From Octopus vulgaris (lineage: Eukaryota), in contig OX597828.1 of NCBI GenBank assembly GCA_951406725.2, forward strand, positions 74,710,001-74,774,000: DNA of 64,000 nucleotides. Direction: 5' to 3'. Within the stretch, counting starts at the first letter, position 1, and the number at the start of each line of letters is the position of its first letter. The notes beneath the pieces were generated by a model. The model was not told the DNA's origin. It made no database searches and saw only the letters and a list, made by a program, of their open reading frames with translations. The translations under genes and the position numbers were made by a program. This document shows, in pieces, positions 1-12,044 of the stretch.

Positions 1-117
1 TAATTTAATAACTTGAAGTAAAAAACAAAAAATGGCCTATTTGTTTCTTGCAAAGATGATCCCTTTGTATAAGTTCGGCTACATACGAGCAAAACTGTCC
101 TGTCTAATACATACATA

Positions 118-200
118 GAGTAATCCCTCGCCATATCGCGGTTCACCTATCGCGGTTTATTACTTAAGCTTACGTCGATTCCTCGTTGGTGTTGTTTTGC
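118..200 (-). mobile_element. Terminal fragment of the pogo/Tigger-like MITE family also at 4618-4834
   Basis: (G)AGTAATCCCTCGCCATATCGCGGTTCACCTATCGCGGTTT...GTCGATTCCTC..GGTGTTGTTTTGC is the reverse complement of the right end of the 4618-4834 element; preceded by TA. Confidence 0.75.
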
Positions 201-792
201 CATTGGACCAAAACTATCCTCCGCATTACTCTATCCATTTTAGAATCTTTGTTCTTACTAATGAGAGCTTGTAAAAAAAAAAGAAAGAAAAAAAAGAATT
301 ATTTCACGTTCTCTCGAAGTTTCTAAATTCTTATGACGTCAACAACAAAGGTGTTCGTGTACTCAAAGTTGCCAAGCAACCTCTTTAATTTAATCAAAAG
401 ACTCCTGGATCGTGCCTGACCTGAAGTTAAACAACAACAGCAACATCAGAACGATTGTTCACAATGCATTTCTCTGTGTAACAATTGAATTTATCAATTA
501 TGGGCCGGCCATATTTAATACTGTGATCACTGACCTCTGCTCCATCATGGCCGACTTGGGGGTTAACCATCACGTGATGAGGGTATGAATTACTAACGGT
601 GTTTCTAGATATTGAAGTTTGCTCATTTTGTTTAAATTAATTGATTAATTGTGTTTGGTCAGAAACTAATTAAGGAATTACAAAGAGATAATTAATTACC
701 TTGTCACATCAAATGTACATTAATTAAAATTTTGGCAATGAATAATTAATTAAATAAATGGACTGGATCATGTATCTTGTTGTACCTGAATT

Positions 793-848
<56 letters not shown>

Positions 849-850
<2 letters not shown>

Positions 851-890
851 TAGCATTAAAGACCCGTCGTTGCCGGGTCATAGTGCTAGT
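849..890. mobile_element. Isolated Helitron-3'-end-like hairpin
   Basis: ACTAGCA-ttaaa-GACCCG-tcgttgc-CGGGTC-atag-TGCTAGT: GC-rich hairpin about 10 nt before CTAG|T, readable on either strand. Confidence 0.5.
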
Positions 891-974
891 GCATGTATAT
901 ATGTGTATATATATGTGCACATATTACATGCACATCTATATACATACATCTACACATATGTGTGCCGTATGTAT

Positions 975-1213
975 TCCCCCCAGCTGGACGGAACGCCAGC
1001 CCATCGCAGCGTTACTCAAGAAACAAGAAGAGAGAGTGAGAGAAAGTTGTGGCGAAAGAGTACAAGGGTCGCCCCGCCCCCTGCTGGAGCCTCGTGGAGC
1101 TTTTAGGTGTTTTCGCTCAATAAACACACACACAACGCTCAGTCTAGGAATCGAAACCGCGATCCTCCGACCGCGATTCCGCTGCCCTAACCACTGGGCC
1201 ATTGCGCCTCCAC
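975..1213 (-). mobile_element. tRNA-derived SINE, family A (5' part, with a different tail)
   Basis: Minus strand reads GGAGGCGCAATGGCCCAGTGGTTAGGGCAGCGG...GGTTTCGATTCC (Pol III A/B boxes); matches 1909-2288, 5063-5428 and 31479-31849. Confidence 0.85.
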
Positions 1214-1908
1214 CAGTGACATAAAGTCAGAACATAAAGCCGGAACGAAATACCGCTGAGCATTTTAACTAACTTGCTAACAGTTCTGCCAGCGCCACTT
1301 TTCAGCATGTATAAATAAATATATTATGGACAATATGCAAATGTTTATCGAATCAGCTGCAAACGTAAGTTGGAGAAAAGCAGATAGATCTCTTGATAAA
1401 CAAAATGTCGACCTGAGATCGCAGATAAATTACAAGTGTAGCAGATACAATGAGGAAAAATCGAATTCCTATATTAAAATCTTATAAATTCCTATGACCA
1501 AAATCAAAGAAAGTAATATGTTTTGGATCAACGTCTTAGACTGTAGGAAAAGCAAGCCAGAAAGAACACAAGACTTTCGAGTTGTTGTTAACAAACATTT
1601 CCCATAAGACCAAAATGTAACAGAAGCCATTTTGTGTAAACACCGCTTTAATGGAAATTAACTCGGAGAGATTATTTCTTAATTGCATCAAAATTATCTC
1701 CTCTTTTTTTCCTTCACAGTTGCTCAAAAGTACCATTAAGTTCTGGCATTTTCTAAGTATGTGTGTGTATGTATGTATGTATGTTGTGTGTGTGTGTATA
1801 TATATATATAATAACACTAATTCTAGGATGGAATTCATAAATATTTAATACGTCCCTATGCGCGTTACAATAAACAAATTTAAAAGATATATATATATAT
1901 ATATATTG

Positions 1909-2288
1909 TGGCACTCCGTCGGTTACGACGATGAGGGTTCCAACTGATCCGATCAACGGAACAGCCTGTTCGTTTTAATTTACGCACAATTAGCTGAGCA
2001 CTTCACAGACACGTGTAACCTTGGCGTAGATCTCGGGGAAATTCAGCGTGACACAGAGTGTGACAAGGCTGGTCTTTCGAAATACAGGTACAAGAGAAAC
2101 GGGAAGAAAGAGTGAGAGAAAGTTGTGGTGAAAAGGTACAGCAGAGTTCGCCAACACTCCTTGCCGGAGCCTCGTGGAGCTTTTAGTATTTTCTCTCAAT
2201 AAACTCACAACGCTCGGTCTGGGAATCGAAGCCACGATCCTACGAGCGCGAGTCCGCTGCCATAATCACTGGGCCATTGCGCCTCCAC
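1909..2288 (-). mobile_element. tRNA-derived SINE, family A, full length
   Basis: A/B-box head at the 2288 end; tail GGAACCCTCATCGTCGTAACCGACGGAGTGCC shared with other copies. Confidence 0.9.
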
Positions 2289-2469
2289 TGACTCACACAC
2301 ACACACACACACACACACATATAATAACACTAATTCTAGGATGGAATTCATAAATATTCAATACATCCCTACGCGCGTTTCCACAAATCACAAATTATTT
2401 GCATACTCTTAATGTTACCATAAATAAATTTAAAATATATACACACATACATATCTATCTATCTATATC

Positions 2470-2509
<40 letters not shown>

Positions 2510-2516
2510 GCATATA

Positions 2517-2569
<53 letters not shown>

Positions 2570-2591
2570 GCATATATATATATATTAATGT

Positions 2592-2890
2592 GAAGGTGCG
2601 TGTTGGGCGTGTTGCAGTCACGATCATGAGTTCGTGGTATCGATTTCCGGATAAAGCAGTGCGTTGTTTTCTTGAGGAAACCACTTCATTTCACGTTGCT
2701 CCAATCCACTCGGCTGTAAATGGATAACCCTGTGACTGGTTAGCCTCCCGGTTAGATGAGCGGGGCGGAATGTTGGCTTACTCCCCTAGCCGGCGAAGTG
2801 GCATCATTCGATAGCTATACCGATGCAAAGCGCACTGTGGCCAGCGACGCATAGCTGCATCCGATAGTCTGGTCAACCAGAAGATCGACC
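2592..2890 (+). mobile_element. Diverged tRNA-derived SINE
   Basis: GAAGGTGCGTG...GTATCGATTTC head and ACTTCATTTCACGTTGCTCCAATCCACTC segment resemble 11558-11700. Confidence 0.6.
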
Positions 2891-3701
2891 AGATCTCATT
2901 GTTCTTTTCATCAGGCGTTTCGGGTACGAAGCGTCATAACAAAATCAGTGCTGGCGATAATTTCTATAAAAAATCTGTAGAGGAAACCTTAACAAGCGAT
3001 GTAGTAGCACTGCTAACACAGGAGGACACGGGATTGACATATAAAATCTCTCAATATATTTTGTAATATGTTATAGTTGCATGACGAAATGTGCATGAGC
3101 AAAATAGGTTCCCTCGGGCGGCAGTTTTCACTTCCTTTCTTCTTTTCTTTTAAAAATTCCTTAGAGAGAGAGAGGGGAAGACAGAGAGAGGGGGGAGAAA
3201 ATAGTCAGGATATAAACTTTGCGGTGAGCTCCCTCGCTTTCCAGGATGTTTAGGGTCTGGGAAATAATTGGGACGGTGGGAAAATTCGAGAGTACCCTTG
3301 ATGCTGTCACTGACTGTCAGTATTTCTACAGTTGTTTCAAAGCATCAAATACTTGCTAGGGCTTGAAACAATCGAAGCGATTTGTAATAAGGCCTGTTCA
3401 ATCCATCTTCTCGTATTCATTGTTTTGGGGGTGGGGGGATATACTCTACGGATATTTACGAATTGCTACATGTATGTCCAGTGAGAGAAGAAGTACAACT
3501 GAAGGATAGCATTTATTTGATAGCCAATATCTGGAGATGAGCTTTGAAAAAAAAAGCTATAAGGATTTTACCCAGATTTTACTCATAGCTAGTTAGCTAG
3601 CTAGATAGATATAAATTTTAACGCGTGCAGATAGATATCAGTCATGCGATGTCGCTTGATCGTATGCATATTTAAGAAATACACGTGAATTTATATGGAA
3701 T

Positions 3702-3763
3702 ATTACACTGAAGAGAACAACAGGTAATTATGTTTTACTTTAAGTTCGAAACGCGTCTGTAAT
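3702..3763 (+). ncRNA. Minimal type-I hammerhead ribozyme (PLE-type)
   Basis: Stem I ATTACA/TGTAAT, core CTGAAGA, stem II GAAC/GTTC, then GAAA-C-GC-GTC; predicted cleavage after C3757; helix III region ACGCGT is palindromic. Confidence 0.8.
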
Positions 3764-3817
3764 TAACCACAGCCTTGTTAGCTCATCATTTCTCTTTTGC
3801 CTAATTTAATAGTGTTA

Positions 3818-4251
3818 TTTTTTCGGAGATTTTATTAGCGTCTATTTCTAATTCAGTACGTGGCGAGGCATATAGCTGACCCCTTGTTATAATTATGTAT
3901 TAATTATAAAATAATTTGTAAAATTTACCTAAAAGGTTTTTATTTTACATACTGGCTACCCGGTAAAATTATTACCAATTTTACCCTATATTATTAAAAT
4001 TAATATTTGAATGAATTCACTCCATGATCGAAACTGCATTTTTTTCTGCAGTATAGGTCGTAACACACACGTGGGTATAAAAGACAGATATGAATTGGAC
4101 GCGGCTGCATACTTTTACGAGTACGAATAGATTTTTCTCGGAGATTTTATGATAGTAAAAAAGACATTAGTGTCTGTTTCTAATTCAGTACGTGGCGATG
4201 CATATAGCTGACCCCTTGTTATAATTATGTATATAATTATAAAATAGTTTG

Positions 4252-4252
<1 letters not shown>
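3818..4252 (+). repeat. About 100-bp direct repeat pair (3818-3920 and ~4134-4252) downstream of the HHR; pLTR-like
   Basis: Both copies carry CGGAGATTTTAT...TTTCTAATTCAGTACGTGGCGA(T)GCATATAGCTGACCCCTTGTTATAATTATGTAT..AATTATAAAATA.TTTGTA. Confidence 0.8.
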
Positions 4253-4285
<33 letters not shown>

Positions 4286-4396
4286 CATACATACATACAT
4301 ACATACATACATACATACATACATACATACATTCATTCATATCTGTGTATCTACTAATGTATATGTATATATTTAAACACAAATTTATATATATAG

Positions 4397-4566
4397 ATCA
4401 TTAGCCACTACACACATTTTTTTCTCTCCTTGCTTTTTCTGTCCCTTTCTGTAGTAGAGCGTAGGCTCGAAACGTTAAAGACTTTTTCTATTCCTGAGCG
4501 TTATACTAATACATCTGTTTGTTTTGTACACCACCTGTCTTCGTCTTTTGTTTTTTCGTAAACTCT

Positions 4567-4571
<5 letters not shown>
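4397..4571 (+). mobile_element. Short PLE-like repeat with hammerhead-variant motif (4445-4480)
   Basis: CTTT-CTGTAGTA-GAGC(GTAG)GCTC-GAAACGTT-AAAG; related copy on the minus strand at 12985-13113. Confidence 0.55.
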
Positions 4572-4617
<46 letters not shown>

Positions 4618-4620
<3 letters not shown>

Positions 4621-4834
4621 TAATACCTCGACTATCACGTGTGTTACGTTCTAAATCTCCGCGATGGGTGAAAATCTGCGATGTAGAAACAGTACTGTAC
4701 TGTATTTTTTTGTTATTTTTTAAATTTGTTTATATTTATTTTATTATAAATGCAAAACAACACCACAGAGGAATCGACTTAAGCTTAAATATTAAACCGC
4801 GATAGGTGAACCGCGATATGGCGTGATATTACTG
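4618..4834. mobile_element. Tc1/mariner-superfamily (pogo/Tigger-like) MITE
   Basis: TA|CAGTAATACCTCGACTATCACG ... CGCGATATGGCGTGATATTACTG|TA: imperfect TIRs, TA target duplication, no ORF. Confidence 0.8.
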
Positions 4835-4992
4835 TATATGCTCCATTAGAGCATATACTCATAAAACAAGTATTGAGGTATATCCTTCAGTATAATATTA
4901 AATTGCTTTTGTATATAACTTGACTGTAAACCAAACACACACACACACGCACACATGTATGTGTGTGTGTGTGTGTGGGTGTATGCGCGCGC

Positions 4993-5048
<56 letters not shown>

Positions 5049-5062
5049 TATGTGTGTGTGTC

Positions 5063-5428
5063 TGGAGGCACAATGGCCCACTGATTAGGTCAGTGGACAC
5101 GTGGCCGTAGGATCGCGGTTTCGATTCCCAGACCGGGCGTTATGAATGTTTATTGAGAGAAAACACCTCTACGAGGTTCCGGCAGGGAGTGGTGGAGAAC
5201 CCTACTGTACACTTTCACCATAACTTTCCCTCACACTTTCTTCCTGTTTCTGTTGTACCTGTATTTCGAAAGACCAGCCTTGTCACACTCCGTGTCACGC
5301 TGAATCTCCCCGAGAACTACGTGAAGGGTACACGGGTCTGTGCAGTGCTCGGCACGTTAATTTCACGAGCCGGCTGTCGCGTCAAGTGGATCAAATGGAA
5401 CCCTCGTCGTCGTAACCGACGGAGTGCC
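5063..5428 (+). mobile_element. tRNA-derived SINE, family A
   Basis: GGAGGCACAATGGCCCA...GGTTTCGATTCCCAGACCGGGCG head; same tail as 1909 and 31479 copies. Confidence 0.9.
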
Positions 5429-5435
5429 GGAGAAA

Positions 5436-5472
<37 letters not shown>

Positions 5473-5660
5473 CACGTATGTATATACGCACTAAACAAGA
5501 CAGGTGGAGACACGTGAGATGAGGGTTGCTGAAGAGGCTATAGGATGCGCGATGAAAGATTTCCAGACAAAGGATGCTAAAATAAGAACAATAATAAAGC
5601 TAAACTGAAGAACGAGTATCCAGTGCGTGTGTTTATTTGGCAAAAATAAAAAAAGACCTT

Positions 5661-5691
<31 letters not shown>

Positions 5692-5696
<5 letters not shown>

Positions 5697-5849
5697 GGGC
5701 TTCTTTTAGTTTCGATCTACCAAATCCACTCACAAGGCCTTGGTCGGCCTGAGGCTAAAGTAGAAGACACTTGTCCAAGGTGCCACTCAGTGGGACTGAA
5801 CCCAGAACGATGTGGTTGGAAAGCAAGCTTCTTACCTCACAGCCACGCC
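5692..5849 (-). mobile_element. tRNA-derived SINE, family B (5' half)
   Basis: Minus strand GGCGTGGCTGTGAGGTAAGAAGCTTGC...GGGTTCAGTCCCACTG..TGGCACCTTGGACAAGTGTC; CORE-like CCTTGGGCAAGT motif. Confidence 0.85.
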
Positions 5850-5854
5850 AGATA

Positions 5855-7481
5855 TCTATATATATAAAAGTGAAGTTGTGTGAGTGTCTGTCTCCTACGA
5901 TTTAGATTCCTAACTACTCCCACATTTTGCGGTGCAGTTTAACCAAATTCGGGTATCTTATAGTCGTGATTCATATCGAGCCCGTCTGGGTATTAGCGCG
6001 CGTCTACGATGAGTCTACGATTTTAAAAATAATTTACCATAATTGTTTTCCATTTTTTCGTGTGTCGATGGCGACGGAGTTGGCGTCCATGCTCAAGCAC
6101 CTGCACCTGTGTTGCTTCTCCCCCTTCTTCCCTCCCTCGTGAAGCTGTGGGGAAGGGAGTGTAAGGAAATCAACGTCGTAAAGCGTTGTCAAGGAGATCA
6201 GCGTTCTTTTAGAACAACGACTTCATGGCTTGAAGACACCAAAACAGAAATGGCTAAGAAAGCCCGAAAGCAAATTCTACAAAATCGGGAAACACGCCAC
6301 ACAGGGAAGGTTTCCCGTGCAAATAATTTGCACAACCGAATGTTATAGTTGTTGCACAGCTTTTACTTAAAAAATATTATCCATACACACACTTTTGAAG
6401 GCAATATTGTATGGCGATGGTACTTGTGAAATATGGTAATGGATTTAGTAGCCAAAAGGAGAGAGCAGAGGCATAGTATGGTGGTGGTGGAGGCGGTGGT
6501 AGTGGCAGCGGTGGTGGCGGTGGTGCTGGTAGTGGTGATGGTGGTCGTGGTGGTCGTGGTGGTCGTGGTGGTCGTGGTGGTTGGTGTTGGTGGTGGGGGT
6601 GGTGATGATGGTGGTGGTGGTGGTGATCGTGGTGATGATGGTGGTGGTCGTGGTGGTCTTCGTGATGGTGGTGGTGATGGTCATGGGCGTAGTGGTGGTG
6701 GTGGTCATGGTGGTAGTGGTGATAGTGTTGGTCGTGGTGGTGGTGGTGGTGGTGGCTGAAGCTGTCGTCTGGGTTCTTCCAATTTTTTCGTGTGTCGGTG
6801 GCGGCGTTGGCGTTCATGCTCGCACCTGCACCTGTGTAGCTCCTCCCCTTCTTCCCTCCCTCGTGAAGCTGTGGGGAAGGCAGGGTAGGGAAATCAACGT
6901 CGTAAAGCGTTGTCAAGGAGACCAGCATTCTTTTAGAACAACGACTTCATGGCTTGAAGTCGCCAAAACAGAAATCGCTAAAAAGGCTGAAACAGATCCA
7001 CAAAAACGGCAAAAACCGCCACACAGGGCAGGTTTCCTGTGCAAATAATTTGCACAACCGAATGTTTTAGTTGTTGCACAAATCTTTATCTATAAAAGTG
7101 AAGTTGTGTGTCTGTCCCCTTCGATTTAGATTCCTAACAACTCCCACATTTTGCGGTGCAGTTTAACCAAAACCGGGTATCTTATAGTCGTGATTCATAT
7201 CGAGCCCTTCTGGGTATTAGCACGCGTCTACGATGAGTCTACGATTTAAAAAAAAATTTACCATAATTTTTTCCATTTTAATGCATTTTTTCGCTATTAT
7301 ATAAGGGAAGTAATTCTCTAAAAATGTCTACGATGAGTCAACGATTTAAAAAAAAAATTACCATCATTTTTTATTCCATTTTTAATGCAATTTTTTTTGC
7401 TATTTTTTGCTATAACTCTCTAAAAATGCTTATATAGTTATTTCCCTTACAAACCCGAGCAACGCCGGGCGATACTGCCAG
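5855..7481 (+). mobile_element. Non-autonomous composite Helitron-like element
   Basis: A|TCTATATATATAAAAG 5' end; 3' hairpin CCCGAGCAACGCCGGG then ATACTGCCAG|T (CTAG with one change); internal duplications ~5866-6050/7092-7275 and ~6052-6358/6783-7080; internal (GGT)n tract. Confidence 0.7.
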
Positions 7482-7959
7482 TACTACATAAATCATAAAT
7501 CCCTGTTCTTCTAGAATTGCACTGTGCTGGAACAGCAACTTTTAGATATGATTCAAATACAACCTATCAGATCATTAACAGGTAAAATAGAAAAATTGGA
7601 ATGGAAGAATGCAATTCAGCCTTCATTTAGAATGTTTGCTTGGAACAAACTACTAATACTGTGAAGTTCAACTGAGTCCTTTGTAAATGAAAGACTCATC
7701 AAATAATAATAACAATCAGTACTGTGATTGCTTGGTATCGAACTATTTCCATATTGTACCTGCTTACAATTAAATGTCATGACATTAATACACTGCTGGG
7801 AACAGTATGAACTCCTGATCCTTTAGCTGGTAGTTGCTATGCAATGAAAGCATACAGTTATAGTGTTCAAGAAAGACCTCTTACCTCAAAAAAAAAAAAA
7901 AAAAATTTTTCAGCCTGTTGCTTGTTTAGAATGTCTGAGTATTTTTTTTATACATAATA

Positions 7960-8375
7960 TATTTCTTTATTACCCACAAGGGGCTAAACACAGAGGGGAC
8001 AAACAAGGACAGACAAAGGGATTAAGTCGATTACATCGACCCCAGTGCGTTACTGGTACTTAATTTATCGACCCCGAAAGGATGAAAGGCAAAGTCGACC
8101 TCGGCGGAAATTGAACTCACAACGTAACGGCAGACGAAATACCTATTTCTTTATTACCCACAAGGGGCTAAACACAGAGGGGACAAACAAGGACAGACAT
8201 AGGTATTAAGTCGATTACATCGACCCCAGTGCATAACTGGTACTTAATTTATCGACCCCGAAAGGATGAAAGGCAAAGTCGACCTCGGCGGAATTTGAAC
8301 TCAGAACGTAGCGGCAGACGAAATACCGCTAAGCATTTCGCCCGACGTGCTAACGTTTCTGCCAGCTCGCCGCCT
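7960..8375 (-). mobile_element. tRNA-derived SINE, family C, dimeric form
   Basis: Minus head AAGGCGGCGAGCTGGCAGAAACGTTAGCACG...GAGTTCAAATTCCGCCGAGGTCGACTTTGCCTTTCATCC; body and tail repeated twice. Confidence 0.9.
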
Positions 8376-9179
8376 TTTTTTTATACATAATAATCAGAGC
8401 AAGTGGTGATTAACCATTTACATGAAAGCTAAAATATTGATCAATGTGCACAAATCAATATACCACCAATAAATTAGCTGGTTAAATCGAATCTGATATT
8501 ATTTTATTTCACCGGGCGCCGTGCTTAAAGAGCGACAGCTGCCACCGGTTGTTAAAAATTGCGTCTCCGAAATCTCTTGATTGTGATTCCGCCCAGACGC
8601 TCGCCTATCGGCAACTGGGTGTCACTGACGACAAAGACCCTTTTAATAAACTAACATTTCAATAACTAATATATATCGCTACTACAATAACTTTAAGGTG
8701 ATATTGCAATTGAAGTTCTGCTTAAAATTTAAATAAAATCTAAATACAAGCAAATATAAGTACATTTTTCGATATTTACAAACAATATCTAATAATTTTC
8801 AGTCAGTAGTTAATTATTTTGTCTTAAAGTAAGCCAGGAAAATATCAAAAATATTTATTTGCCATGTATTCCCAGACAATCTTTTCTAAAAGTATCCTAC
8901 GTAAGGGAGGTAATTCATAGCAAATAGCTCTTTAGAAATGTCATACTTGCATTCGATGTCAGTAATAATTGAATAAGTTAAATAAAAATTAAAAAATCGC
9001 TTCTACTAATACATGACTCGTTACTCATACTTGATAATTCAGTTTATATAATGGTATTCTACGTTTGTGAAAAGAAAATCACTTTTCACTATCTTAAATT
9101 TGTGTTAGCGTTGATTTTTTCCAGTTCTTTATCTTTCAGTTATTTGGTTAACCGGTAATTTTCAGTTGTCTTTTCGACT

Positions 9180-9510
9180 CTACGCACAAGGCCCGAAACG
9201 TTTGGGGAGGGGGCCAGTTGATTATATCGACCCCAGTGCGTTACTGGTACTTAATTTATCGACCTCGGCGGAATTTGAACTCAGAACGTAACGGCAGACG
9301 AAATACCTATTTCTTTACTACCCACAAGGGGCTAAACACAGAGGGGACAAACAAGGACAGACAAACAGATTAAGTCGATTACATCGACCCCATTGCGTAA
9401 CTGTTACTTATTTCATCGACCCCGAAAAGATGAAAGGCAAAGTCGACCTCGGCGGAATTTGAACTCAGAACATAACGGCAGATGAAATACCGCTAAGCAT
9501 ATCGCCCGGC
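9180..9510 (-). mobile_element. SINE family C, dimeric form, truncated
   Basis: Same GACCTCGGCGGAATTTGAACTCAGAAC core twice and same junction GACGAAATACCTATTTCTTT. Confidence 0.85.
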
Positions 9511-9589
9511 AACAGCTCCCTCGGTCTGCCGAATATTACTTGTGTTAGATTCTGCCAAGCTGTTCTTATTTATGGTTTTGTATAACTAG

Positions 9590-9622
<33 letters not shown>

Positions 9623-9646
9623 ATATATATATATGTATATATGTGA

Positions 9647-9678
<32 letters not shown>

Positions 9679-9780
9679 CTGTGTGTGTGTCTCTGTCTGT
9701 GTGTGTGTGTGTGTGTATGTGTGTGTGTGTGTGTGTGTGTCTGTGTGTGTGTGTCTATGTGTGTGTGTCTGTGTGTGTGT

Positions 9781-9812
<32 letters not shown>

Positions 9813-10304
9813 CTGTGTGTATATGTATAAGGTATATGGACGCATGAAATATTGCTGTTTTCAGGTACACCTGGCGAAACCTTCCTGTTACCTTTAAACA
9901 TATTCGGAGCACCGACCCCAACCACCCCCTCCCTATTTCACCTTCCACTTCCTTCCCGCATCCTTCTTCACATTAATCCCCGCTTAATTAAAAATAACAG
10001 CGAAGAATATCGCCCTTACCCCCACCCCACATATACACGCCACAGATTTTTGCATCATTTTATTTTATTTATTTATTTTGTAGTGGCGATGGTTGTGGTG
10101 GTTGTGGTTGTGGTTGTGGTGGTGGTGGTGGTTGTAGTGGTGGTCATGTGAATGTGGGGGTGGTAGCTGTAGGAGGGAGGGGCCTACACCTCACTCTTCA
10201 TGTTTTCTTCTCTCACTCACTCTTTCTTTTGTGTCCCTCTTTCTCTCTCTACGTCTCTCTGACTCACTCTGTTCTTCTCTCTCTCTCACTTGCTCTAATT
10301 CTCA

Positions 10305-10339
<35 letters not shown>

Positions 10340-10698
10340 ACTATCACACACACAAACACACACATTCTCTCTTTCTCTCTCTGTATTCTCCCTCTCTCTT
10401 TCCCTCTCTATACACCCTATCTCTCTCTCTCTCTCTTTTTTCTCTCCCCTCCAACCCCACCGTTCCGTTATTAAGGATTACACATCATCTCTAGAATCTG
10501 TGTTAGACCATTTAGTCTGCACCTCTACCAGCGCCACCACCACCACTGCGACCGCACCCACCCAGGTACCTGGTAAACCTCTCGATTAATGAGGTTTTCT
10601 CATGAACAAAGCCTGGCTATGATTCACGATATCCATGGCAGCACGCTGCTTTGCCCACCATTGCGATATTAGCAAAATATCGAAGGCAACACGTAATG

Positions 10699-10767
<69 letters not shown>

Positions 10768-11363
10768 GATTCTGTTATTTGCCACAAGGGTGGCAGGTGA
10801 GTGAGCTATAGAAAAATAAATTACAGAAAAAAGAAAGTAAAAAAAACGGTCGGGTTTTATGCAGAATATGAGAAAATAGATAGGAAAAAATATCAGAAAA
10901 GATTTTAAAATTTGACGAAAAATAAAATAAAAAATAAAAATGACTCCAAAAGGAAAAGTGAAATCGCTTGTATATTTGCCTCAAGGGCATTGAGAGAAAG
11001 AACAGGTTGGAGCATATATTTCGTGTGGTATTTTTTCATTTAAACAAAGATAAACTTTGATATATTTCGACCAAAAATTGGCTCAAGTCATGGCGAACTG
11101 AATGGCACCAGCTGATAAAAGGGTAAAGATCTTCCTTTCCCCCACCCCCACCACCAGCACCACCAGCACCGTCCCCACAAAGAAAGACATAAGCATTTAC
11201 CTTATAAGCTTTGCTGCCATTAGGGTCTTTGAGCGGAATTTTTGACAGAGGTTACGAGGTTTCTTTCAGTGTTGGGTGGTCCTTCCCTTCAGTCAACGCC
11301 TGTCTTCAATATATGCAAATTTTTCTATGAGAAACTAGAAAATATCCAAACTTGGATACAAAA

Positions 11364-11537
11364 TACCGTATTTTAACGTAAATAAGGAACCCCCTAATTT
11401 TGAGGGCTTAAAATTTGGAGAAAACGGTTTTGTGGGGGATTATAATATTAGCCATATATGAGAAACTCTCAAATTTTTTTAACCTAATTTTTGACAAAAA
11501 ACAAGAAAGGGCTCCTAACACACGTTAAAATGCGGTA
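11364..11537. mobile_element. Tc1/mariner/pogo-type MITE
   Basis: TACCGTATTTTAACGT ... ACGTTAAAATGCGGTA: 16-bp inverted ends including TA, one mismatch. Confidence 0.75.
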
Positions 11538-11557
11538 CCCCTTGTATCATTCCCTGT

Positions 11558-11882
11558 GAAGGCGCGTGATTCAGTGGTTTGGGTATTCAGCTTACAATCG
11601 TAAAATCGTGAGTTCGATTCTCGGTGACGCATTGTGTCCTTGGGTAAATCTCTTTATTTCACGTTGCGCCAGTCCACTTGACTGGCAAAAATGAGTTGTA
11701 CCTGTAATTCAAAGGGGGCCAGCCTTGTCATATTTTGTGTCATGCTGAACCTCCCTAAGAACTAAGGTAAGGGGGTACGCGTGTCCGTGGAGTACTCAGC
11801 CACTTGCACGTTAATTTCATGAGCAAGCTGTTCCGTTGATTCGATCAACTGGAACATTCGTCGTCGTAACCGGTGGAGTGGC
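11558..11882 (+). mobile_element. tRNA-derived SINE with alternative head and family-A tail
   Basis: GAAGGCGCGTGATTCAGTGG...GAGTTCGATTC B box; TGTGTCCTTGGGTAA CORE-like part; tail GCCAGCCTTGTCA...CGTCGTCGTAACCG shared with family A. Confidence 0.8.
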
Positions 11883-12044
11883 AGTTGTACTACACTCTCA
11901 TATTGTGTGAAGTCAAGTACATTGTTGGTACTTTAATTTATCAGCCGGTTATAGTAGACCAGTATATAACTGGTACTTTAATTTATAGATTAAAGGCGTT
12001 TAACTACATACTGAAAACCGTTTTGTCAGCTGTTCTAACCTTTC

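Noticed and set aside
5525-5562. Hammerhead at CTGAAGA...GAAAGA
   Set aside because: No convincing stem I or II
6377-7048. His/Pro-rich or Gly-rich protein
   Set aside because: (GGT)n-type tract inside a Helitron-like element, open in several frames, with no splice support
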